From: a virus
Taxonomy: Duplodnaviria > Caudoviricetes
Length of the DNA: 29,293 nucleotides
IMG/VR virus record: IMGVR_UViG_3300032218_002968
Coordinates: 1-29,293 of that record
Reading direction: 5' to 3' (one strand)
Shown here: positions 1-6,769 of the stretch, one piece after another
Layout: each line of letters opens with the position of its first letter
Position numbering within the stretch: position 1 is the stretch's first letter
The notes under the pieces: model-generated
Told to the model about the DNA's origin: nothing
Databases searched by the model: none
Seen by the model: only the letters and a program-made list of their open reading frames with translations
Translations under genes and position numbers: made by a program

Positions 1-162
1 AAGAAATCCCTTGAAGAGTTCAAAATACTGATGAGTATTCAAGTCTTGTGCTGGTGCTTCAATCGTGATGGTTTGCCTATCAACAAGTTCAGGAAAATAC
101 TTACTTGGAGTTACATCACTATCATTGATGTAGCAGAGTTTTACTTTTGCGTTGTAAGTCAT
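1..162 (-). CDS. hypothetical protein, N-terminal part (runs off the left edge)
   Basis: Read manually: ATG at 162, open frame MTYNAKVKLCYINDSDVTPSKYFPELVDRQTITIEAPAQDLNTHQYFELFKGFL to the window edge; promoter directly upstream. Confidence 0.8.
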   Translation of the reverse strand, partial: MTYNAKVKLCYINDSDVTPSKYFPELVDRQTITIEAPAQDLNTHQYFELFKGFL

Positions 163-184
163 TGGATCGCTTGATTACCTTCAT

Positions 185-241
185 ATTATACGGCATCCTG
201 CGGAGTTTTGGAAGTGCCTTGTGCCAGTTATCAAAGTGTCC
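185..241 (-). promoter_or_regulatory. sigma70-like (probably early) promoter with upstream motif
   Basis: Minus strand TTCCAA(208-213)-N17-TATAAT(185-190), preceded by GGACACTTTGATAACTGGCAC (221-241), a motif that recurs at 3242 and 4531. Confidence 0.7.
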
Positions 242-953
242 TCAAATAATCTTTAGAAACATCTTGATCCAAACAGATTACATAACGTGGGGTTTGTAAT
301 GTGTTTATAACGCAATGTCCCATTTTGCCCCAGAAAAAAACAAATTCATTATTTCTAAAATATTTTTTCTCATATTCAGATTCGTTTCCCAAACAAATAT
401 AGCAATCATGATCTTTTTCTGGGTGAATATCAAGACCAAACAGTCCACGAATGGTAACATTTTTCTCATCTTCTGGATCTGCATCAATATGCCACTTAAT
501 ACTTTTTCCAGGATAAACAACACTGATAGCAATTCTTTTCCTAATGCCTATTTGATCTAAACATTCCATAAGAATGGGAAAATGTTTTGAATTTTCTGTA
601 AAAATAATATTTTTGTCCGAATTGGGATATAATTTTTGTTGATAATTTTTTTCATATGGTTCTAAAAGAGTTGAAATTGTTTCCACATTCATACCAATAA
701 TTTCGTTAGGATATTCGGCACATAATCCAGCAATTTGCCATCCTTCATAAGGAGTAGTATTTTCCCCACGATATCCCGTACTACCATGCCAATTTGTCCA
801 TATAAGTTTGTCTTTATTATCAATAAATTCTTGATGAATTTTATCAAAATTTTCAACAAGAATATTAAGTTTAGGGTTAATTTCTTCTACGGAATAAAAT
901 TTATAAAATATTTGGTTTTCTGAAGTATGAGAACTTCTAAATCTATCTTTCAT
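231..953 (-). CDS. aspartyl/asparaginyl beta-hydroxylase-like 2OG-Fe(II) dioxygenase
   Basis: HxD...H facial triad (IKWHIDAD ... GHCVIN), followed by PRYVICLD; family-typical N-terminal 'LNILVENFDKIHQEF'. Common accessory family in cyanomyophages. Confidence 0.75.
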   Translation of the reverse strand: MKDRFRSSHTSENQIFYKFYSVEEINPKLNILVENFDKIHQEFIDNKDKLIWTNWHGSTGYRGENTTPYEGWQIAGLCAEYPNEIIGMNVETISTLLEPYEKNYQQKLYPNSDKNIIFTENSKHFPILMECLDQIGIRKRIAISVVYPGKSIKWHIDADPEDEKNVTIRGLFGLDIHPEKDHDCYICLGNESEYEKKYFRNNEFVFFWGKMGHCVINTLQTPRYVICLDQDVSKDYLRTL

Positions 954-1600
954 TTTACGAATGCATCTACAGCAAGTATGGTTCTAGGTTGAGTTAAATT
1001 ATTTTCTACACGATGCAAAGTATCTGGCCAAAATCCAAAAACTTCTCCATTTTTAAATTCTTTCGTTTCAATTTCACCAGTTATACGATCTTTCATTTGC
1101 ATGATAGAACTTCTCCCATCTTCAATGGGAACGTCCAATCCCCATAAAGATCTGAAAGTTAATCTAATATTATTAGTATTTCCACGTCGATTATAATTTC
1201 CACCACCTCCATAATCAGAATCATGGTGCCAATTTAATTGAATGCCAGAATCTAAAATATTAATTCCACAAACGCTCAATCCACCAATTTCTTTAAGAGT
1301 ATCAGTTAATATTGGTAAAAATTTAGAGTTTCTTTCATAAGGAATATCAAGACAAAAAACAGCACCCATATGCCATCCTAGATTGTCATTTTGTTTAAGA
1401 TTTGCACTGAAATAACTATCAACTTCAATTGGATATCCTCTACCAACTTCAGAGATGTGTTTATCTTGTTCTTTCGTAAAATCTCTAAATTCTAATTTTT
1501 CTTTATTAGAAAGATATTCTTCTCGAATATAATAAAAACGCTCCTCTAAAAGAGTTAATCTTGGGTTAATGGATTTATAATCAATAAATTGACTAGTCAT
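950..1600 (-). CDS. aspartyl/asparaginyl beta-hydroxylase-like 2OG-Fe(II) dioxygenase
   Basis: LNWHHDSD ... LHRVENNLTQPRTILAVD; paralogous to the downstream gene, with a 4-nt overlap at 950-953. Confidence 0.78.
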   Translation of the reverse strand: MTSQFIDYKSINPRLTLLEERFYYIREEYLSNKEKLEFRDFTKEQDKHISEVGRGYPIEVDSYFSANLKQNDNLGWHMGAVFCLDIPYERNSKFLPILTDTLKEIGGLSVCGINILDSGIQLNWHHDSDYGGGGNYNRRGNTNNIRLTFRSLWGLDVPIEDGRSSIMQMKDRITGEIETKEFKNGEVFGFWPDTLHRVENNLTQPRTILAVDAFVK

Positions 1601-1602
1601 TA

Positions 1603-1923
1603 TTAGTCTCTCTGTCTCCAGTCATCTGGTTTATCTTCTTTGAACCATTCAACAATTTCATCCACACTATTGAATCCACTAATACCTTTTCTATCATTTC
1701 CTAAACCACCAAAGTCAAGTTGATTCAAAAAATCATCTAAATCTCCTTCTTGCATATTAGGATTTTCTGCTCTTCTTCTTGCTTGGCGAAGAATTGTTCC
1801 TGCAGAACGATTTGCTTTTGCAAGTTTTTCTGCCCAAATCATATCATCTAAACTGACTTCTTCACCTTTTACAATCTTATCACAGATTCCTTTTAAGCGT
1901 AGTCGATATTGTGTAGATAGCAT
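1603..1923 (-). CDS. conserved cyanophage hypothetical protein
   Basis: 106-aa ORF MLSTQYRLRL...DDWRQRD resembling a recurrent cyanomyophage family; AATAAATA late-promoter-like box at 1946-1953. Confidence 0.8.
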   Translation of the reverse strand: MLSTQYRLRLKGICDKIVKGEEVSLDDMIWAEKLAKANRSAGTILRQARRRAENPNMQEGDLDDFLNQLDFGGLGNDRKGISGFNSVDEIVEWFKEDKPDDWRQRD

Positions 1924-1948
1924 TATAAATCCATAGATTTAGTGTTAT

Positions 1949-2134
1949 TTATTTCTCTTCTTTGTTCCTTTTAAAGTATTCTTTATAATACTTTTGTTTC
2001 ATATTCTCAATGCACTCAAAGTCTTCTGGTTCATCCAGACAATCCAAAAGATAAGAAATGCCCTCCAACTCAGAAAGAAGGCGGGCAATAGTGATTGCTG
2101 ATTGTGGATTTTTTACATTCCACTTAGACTTCAT
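1949..2134 (-). CDS. hypothetical protein
   Basis: ORF track 1949..2170. ATG at 2134 (MKSKWNVK..., 61 aa) preferred because it leaves only a short overlap with the upstream gene. Confidence 0.7.
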   Translation of the reverse strand: MKSKWNVKNPQSAITIARLLSELEGISYLLDCLDEPEDFECIENMKQKYYKEYFKRNKEEK

Positions 2135-2348
2135 AATCTTCCTGATAATAACCACTAACAACGTTGTCACTCCAAGCAGTCGGCAGATTATGCTCTCTTG
2201 CTCTCATATGATTGACTCCAGAAATAGGAAGACCCTCCAAGTCTTCTTCGTGTAGAATTCCATCTAACTGGCGAATCTCATTAAATGTGTGCGGAAAACG
2301 AAGTGCCCCGCTGTGAATCCATTCAATGTTGCGATGAGTTCTAGACAT
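2124..2348 (-). CDS. hypothetical protein
   Basis: ORF track 2124..2369. ATG at 2348 (MSRTHRN..., 74 aa) preferred because it lies downstream of the promoter at 2375-2403. Confidence 0.7.
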   Translation of the reverse strand: MSRTHRNIEWIHSGALRFPHTFNEIRQLDGILHEEDLEGLPISGVNHMRAREHNLPTAWSDNVVSGYYQEDYEV

Positions 2349-2374
2349 GATGTGTGTAAGCAAACACATTAGTA

Positions 2375-2403
2375 ATTATATCATTTCTTCAATTCTTTTT
2401 CAA
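2375..2403 (-). promoter_or_regulatory. sigma70-like promoter
   Basis: TTGAAA(2398-2403)-N17-TATAAT(2375-2380), with extended -10 TGn. Confidence 0.6.
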
Positions 2404-2611
2404 GTTCCTTAGCAAGTCTTAATGCACGACGCCACATTAGGTACTTTACAATAGGATTTCTTGGATTATGAAGCAACCACCACTTTTGTTTTTCATATTC
2501 GAATTTTATTATCTTAGAGACTAATGTAACGGCATATGCCACACTATCATCCGTTGCAATTAGATAAGCAACAAAGATAAAAATTGAAAACCAAAGATAA
2601 TAAGCAGTCAT
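2381..2611 (-). CDS. hypothetical membrane-anchored protein
   Basis: 76-aa ORF with hydrophobic N-terminus (YYLWFSIFIFVAYLIA) and basic C-terminus; ATGA coupling to the upstream ORF. Confidence 0.75.
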   Translation of the reverse strand: MTAYYLWFSIFIFVAYLIATDDSVAYAVTLVSKIIKFEYEKQKWWLLHNPRNPIVKYLMWRRALRLAKELEKELKK

Positions 2612-2778
2612 TTTTTATCTTTCTCAATCTTAATGGGGCAAGATGGAACTAATTGTCGTATTTCATCAACAATTTCTGTTTTTTGTTTAATAGTAAGACC
2701 AGCAACATTTGCCACATTATTCAGCAGTTGAATTGCCTGACTACAAGATATAATGGTTGCTGAAAAAATTACAACCAC
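2608..2778 (-). CDS. small hypothetical protein (56 aa, not in ORF track)
   Basis: Read manually: AGGAGA RBS, GTG start at 2778, MVVIFSATIISCSQAIQLLNNVANVAGLTIKQKTEIVDEIRQLVPSCPIKIEKDKK*, TGA overlapping the next ATG. Confidence 0.75.
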   Translation of the reverse strand: MVVIFSATIISCSQAIQLLNNVANVAGLTIKQKTEIVDEIRQLVPSCPIKIEKDKK

Positions 2779-2820
2779 GACACTCTCCTGATTCTAATTA
2801 CTATTTAACGATAGTCATAC

Positions 2821-3045
2821 TTAAAGAAATGTTTCTAAACTTGAAACTGATGCACCTTTTGCGGACTTTTGAATGTAGGTTTTTGCGGATTTGTAATTAT
2901 TTGCAGTATGAATTTGCTGCCCATTGTGAATAATTACAAACTTTTTGCCCCAAGGAACCGCTGCCCACATTCCATCTTTGGTTACATAACCCGCAGGTTC
3001 TGATGGTTTAGGATTCAGCAGTCCGTGATTCTGAATGTCAATCAT
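2821..3045 (-). CDS. conserved cyanophage hypothetical protein
   Basis: 74-aa ORF (GYVTKDGMWAAVPWGKKFVIIHNG); ATGA coupling to the upstream ORF. Confidence 0.75.
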   Translation of the reverse strand: MIDIQNHGLLNPKPSEPAGYVTKDGMWAAVPWGKKFVIIHNGQQIHTANNYKSAKTYIQKSAKGASVSSLETFL

Positions 3046-3179
3046 ACGGCAGTCACACTGACAACTTTTGCAGTAGGATTACGTGACAGAGCAGTACGTT
3101 TTGCATCCTGATAGTCACGCGCTTCAACGTGCTCATAGAACACTTTACCAGCAACATAAAGTTCGACTTTGCAACGCAT
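3042..3179 (-). CDS. small hypothetical protein (45 aa, not in ORF track)
   Basis: Read manually: AAGGAG RBS, MRCKVELYVAGKVFYEHVEARDYQDAKRTALSRNPTAKVVSVTAV*; promoter upstream. Confidence 0.8.
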   Translation of the reverse strand: MRCKVELYVAGKVFYEHVEARDYQDAKRTALSRNPTAKVVSVTAV

Positions 3180-3205
3180 TTGAAATCTCCTTTGGGAATG
3201 AATGT

Positions 3206-3250
3206 ATTATAACCGAAAGGAACCCCCGAAGGAACCCCCCTGTGCCAGTT
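3206..3250 (-). promoter_or_regulatory. sigma70-like (probably early) promoter with upstream AACTGGCAC box
   Basis: TATAAT at 3206-3211; AACTGGCAC at 3242-3250, the same 30-nt spacing as in the promoter at 185; poor -35 (TTCCTT). Confidence 0.65.
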
Positions 3251-4473
3251 CAGCGATTGATCGTGCTGACTGCCACCTCACCTTGCTGGAAGATGATGTC
3301 CACGACGTTCTGGACCTTCTGTGCGGTGCCCGTGGATGCCTTGTCAAAGGTCGGGCAGATGACCAGACCATAGGACTTGGTGTAGGATGCCAAATCGCCC
3401 GCCACAAGGGCACCAGAGCGGATTCCAGCAGCATCTTGGGGGTGCAGGCGCAGAGTCCTACCGACCGTCTGACCGATGCCCACAATGTCCATAGAGCGCA
3501 TGAAGACCACCGCTTCCAGAGCACTGATATTGATGCCCTCTGCCAGAATGCTGTGATGCAAAACCACAAACTTCTTGTCAGAATCCTTGCCCCACTCATT
3601 GAGAGTATCAAAGAACACCTCACGATTGACCTTTTGACCATCAATGAATGCACCGTGCTTGGCAGTAATGTGCATCACAGAATAACCTTCCTCTGCCAGT
3701 TGTTCGGCAAAGTCAGTCTCAGAAAGCAGACCGATGATGTGCTTGGTTGCCTTCGCACAAATCAGAATCTTATCGACAGGATTGTCCTGAATGGTTTGGA
3801 GCAGATACTCACAATCGCGTTGAGCAATATCCTCGCCCTTGACAGAGAGACGCATTTGAGTGGCAATCACCTTGGGAGGAATGATATAACCACCTTGCAC
3901 CAGTTCAGGAGCAGGAACCTTAGCGATGATATTGCCGTAGACCTCAGTATCATTCATACCAGGTTTGAGCATTACATTGCTATACTTGGGAGTGGCAGTA
4001 AAGAAGTAGCAACGCTCTGCCTCTGCAGCAAAATATTCTACAGCAGGAAAGAAGTGGCGTTGAATAGAGTTATGTGCCTCATCAAAATAGATAGTGTCTA
4101 CCTCAATCTCTGCCCGTTGCAGTTGCTGCAAAGAGTTGTAGGTGGTGAAGATCAGTTTGTGACCAGGAGTGCTGGAAGCAAACCAAGCAATATCACTGGG
4201 TTTGGTAGAAGAATAGTGATGCGTCTCACCACTATGAACGTGCATCACAGAAGCATTGGTGATAAACTCAAGATACTCACTAGAGAGTTGCTCTGCCAAC
4301 AGAATTCGAGGAGCAACCACTACAATGGTCTGAGGGGTTTTAGACAGAAACTGATTGATGGCATCAAAAATACCCACGTTGGTTTTACCACCACCCGTAG
4401 GAAACACACAGATACCCTTAGAATGCTGTTGCAGAGCATCGAGAGCATCTTGCTGGTGGGGACGGAGTTGCAT
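3250..4473 (-). CDS. superfamily 2 DEAH-box helicase (ResIII/DEAD-like plus helicase C domain)
   Basis: Q motif LRPHQ, Walker A PTGGGKT, DEAH, TAT, EGINI, QTVGRTLR. Start moved to ATG 4473 (GAGG RBS, downstream of the TATAAT at 4498-4503); 407 aa. Confidence 0.9.
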   Translation of the reverse strand: MQLRPHQQDALDALQQHSKGICVFPTGGGKTNVGIFDAINQFLSKTPQTIVVVAPRILLAEQLSSEYLEFITNASVMHVHSGETHHYSSTKPSDIAWFASSTPGHKLIFTTYNSLQQLQRAEIEVDTIYFDEAHNSIQRHFFPAVEYFAAEAERCYFFTATPKYSNVMLKPGMNDTEVYGNIIAKVPAPELVQGGYIIPPKVIATQMRLSVKGEDIAQRDCEYLLQTIQDNPVDKILICAKATKHIIGLLSETDFAEQLAEEGYSVMHITAKHGAFIDGQKVNREVFFDTLNEWGKDSDKKFVVLHHSILAEGINISALEAVVFMRSMDIVGIGQTVGRTLRLHPQDAAGIRSGALVAGDLASYTKSYGLVICPTFDKASTGTAQKVQNVVDIIFQQGEVAVSTINR

Positions 4474-4497
4474 CAGTTCCTCATTGCGTATGGAACT

Positions 4498-4552
4498 ATT
4501 ATAGCAGAAAACCGCCTCTGGTGCCACCCAGTGGACGGTTCTTAAAGTGTCC
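4498..4552 (-). promoter_or_regulatory. helicase-proximal promoter with upstream motif
   Basis: Extended -10 TGCTATAAT (TATAAT 4498-4503) and upstream GGACACTTTAAGAACCGTCCAC (4531-4552). Confidence 0.65.
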
Positions 4553-4582
4553 TAGAGTATTATCTCCAACCCTAACAAAGGT

Positions 4583-4611
4583 ACTCTAGCAGTATTTTAG
4601 AAGAGTGTCAA
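4583..4611 (-). promoter_or_regulatory. second sigma70-like promoter upstream of the helicase
   Basis: TTGACA(4606-4611)-N17-TAGAGT(4583-4588) with TG extension; overlaps the 3' end of the fibre gene. Confidence 0.5.
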
Positions 4612-6753
4612 GCTTGTCGATCCAACACCAACAACGGTAAAGAATAATTTGTTACCGACTGTTGTAATTTTAACTGCAGTACCAATACCGCTACTGAATC
4701 CATTAATTGCAGTAACAATTCCAGAAGATATTGTAATTCCAGTTCCTACTTTTAATTCGGTAGCGGTTATTGATGTTCCTCCACCAATCGTTAATTGAGT
4801 TGTTACTGATGCAAATCCCAATCTACCATTAGCAGTGGTAGCTTCTTCTTGAATAATATTAAACCAATTAGTAGCTCCATCAGTTATTTGGTGACGATTG
4901 ACAGAACTATTGTAAATCATTAATCCAGGCCACATGCCTAATGGATTCATTGCATTTCTTTCACTATCTGTCAATACTGGAGGTATAAATCCACCTCTCA
5001 TACCGGAACTATATCTAGCAAAGGTCATGTCAAGAGCTGATCTAGGTTGGGCACTATTAATACCAATTGCCCCAATTCCAGTCATTATCAAATCTTCATT
5101 ATAGATATTAGCCTGACCAAAAATTTGCAATAATCCAGCATTATAAACTCCATCTATAGCACCTAAAACATTAGTAGTTCCAATTCCAATCTTAGAACTT
5201 AATGTGGTGCCAAAAACTTGTAAATTTGCCTGCACGGCAGGATTAGTTGCTGTAGTTCCAATTCCAATAGAATTAAAAAGACCTGCTTCTGAACGGGCAT
5301 CTAAACCTACAATTGGACGAGTTGTTCCAATTCCAATCGAAGATCCAGAACTAACAGCAATACTGGCAAAAGTAGAAATTCCATTAGTGACACTTAAATT
5401 TACATTATTTAAAATAGCAGGATTATTTGAACCTAATATAGTTTTATTTGATCCAGATCCAAAAGTTAAAGTTCCAGAAATTTCAACATTATTTCCAAAA
5501 TATGCATTTTGAGTAACCGTAGAAGTGCCAACAACATGCAAAGTATTAGATGGATTTGTAACCCCAATACCAAATTTTCCATCATAAGTAAGTGATGCTA
5601 CTTCTTGGTTTGTTTGCCCATATATCCAGGCAAATCTTCCAGTATTAATTCCTGAAATTCCAGTGTATCCATGAAGATACATGTTAATATTGCCAGTGTC
5701 ATTATTGACAATATCAAATGATTTTGCAGTATCTCCAAATACGAGAATGGCATTACTAGTTCCGGCACCAACTTCAGATTGACCAATACCTAATGTAGAT
5801 TCTCCCGAAGTAGCAATAATTTCTACTAAAGGATTTATTTTTTTGATTTGAAAGTCTGAAGTTGGATTTGTGGTTCCTATACCAATCTTTCCAGAACTTG
5901 TAACATTAAATGTAGTTCCCGAAGTTCCAACATTTAATGATGATGTTGAATTTATATTTGTTGCAGTTACGACTCCAACATCAATATTCGGAGTTCCTGT
6001 TAAACCTCTTGCCGTTGATGCAATACCAATTACATTTCCAACAATACCACCAGAAAATGTTGAAAGACCGGTAGAATTTACATTACCACTTAAATTACCA
6101 ATTAGAGTACCACTAAAATTTGTAGATGCGGTAATAATGCCAGAAACATTTATATTCGATGGAAGTCTATCATTGTTAATTATCGGTAAATAAGCGTTGC
6201 CTATTGTTCCACTTGCAATATTAGTTGCATTTAATCCTATTAGAGATGATCCATCACCACTAAAATATCCTGCTGTGACAATTCCAGTTGCTTTAATACT
6301 ACCTGTTGAGTTAAAACCTACACCAGATTGTGTGTTTGGATTTCCACCAATTTGAAATGTATATCTGGGATCATTTGTTGCGATACCAACATTTCCTGCA
6401 GCGTATATGCTGGTAAATCCAAGACCTACATCAATATCAACCCATTGTGATGTTGGAAGATTAGAAAGAGTTGCACCATTACCATAAAATGCAGTGGCAG
6501 TAATGATGCCACTGCTAGATGACATCTTAATACCAGTTCCAAGTCTTACTTCGGTAAAGGTTGAAAATCCTGTTACATATAGATTACTTGCCGTAATTAA
6601 TCCTACTACTTTTAAATTTCCCCCACGAAGATCTAATCTTTCACTGGGAACAGTTGTGCCAATTCCAACCAATCCATTTGGATTAATGACAAAATTGCCA
6701 TCATCAACTTGAAGACCACTTCTAAAACTAAAAGACTTATTATAATTTGCCAT
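4597..6753 (-). CDS. tail fibre-like virion structural protein
   Basis: 718 aa, G/T/S/N-rich, many G(L/K/N)VGIGTT(N)P and GIITA repeats typical of trimeric beta-fibres; AATAAATA late box at 6771-6778. Confidence 0.8.
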   Translation of the reverse strand: MANYNKSFSFRSGLQVDDGNFVINPNGLVGIGTTVPSERLDLRGGNLKVVGLITASNLYVTGFSTFTEVRLGTGIKMSSSSGIITATAFYGNGATLSNLPTSQWVDIDVGLGFTSIYAAGNVGIATNDPRYTFQIGGNPNTQSGVGFNSTGSIKATGIVTAGYFSGDGSSLIGLNATNIASGTIGNAYLPIINNDRLPSNINVSGIITASTNFSGTLIGNLSGNVNSTGLSTFSGGIVGNVIGIASTARGLTGTPNIDVGVVTATNINSTSSLNVGTSGTTFNVTSSGKIGIGTTNPTSDFQIKKINPLVEIIATSGESTLGIGQSEVGAGTSNAILVFGDTAKSFDIVNNDTGNINMYLHGYTGISGINTGRFAWIYGQTNQEVASLTYDGKFGIGVTNPSNTLHVVGTSTVTQNAYFGNNVEISGTLTFGSGSNKTILGSNNPAILNNVNLSVTNGISTFASIAVSSGSSIGIGTTRPIVGLDARSEAGLFNSIGIGTTATNPAVQANLQVFGTTLSSKIGIGTTNVLGAIDGVYNAGLLQIFGQANIYNEDLIMTGIGAIGINSAQPRSALDMTFARYSSGMRGGFIPPVLTDSERNAMNPLGMWPGLMIYNSSVNRHQITDGATNWFNIIQEEATTANGRLGFASVTTQLTIGGGTSITATELKVGTGITISSGIVTAINGFSSGIGTAVKITTVGNKLFFTVVGVGSTSLTLF

Positions 6754-6769
6754 TTCTAAGACTTTCTAG

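Noticed and set aside
4474-4527. GTG-start extension of the helicase
   Set aside because: It spans the promoter -10; ATG 4473 has an RBS and begins at the Q motif.
3202-4545. 447-aa plus-strand ORF antisense to the helicase
   Set aside because: In-register shadow of a GC-richer gene; no recognisable motifs, and it runs through minus-strand promoters.
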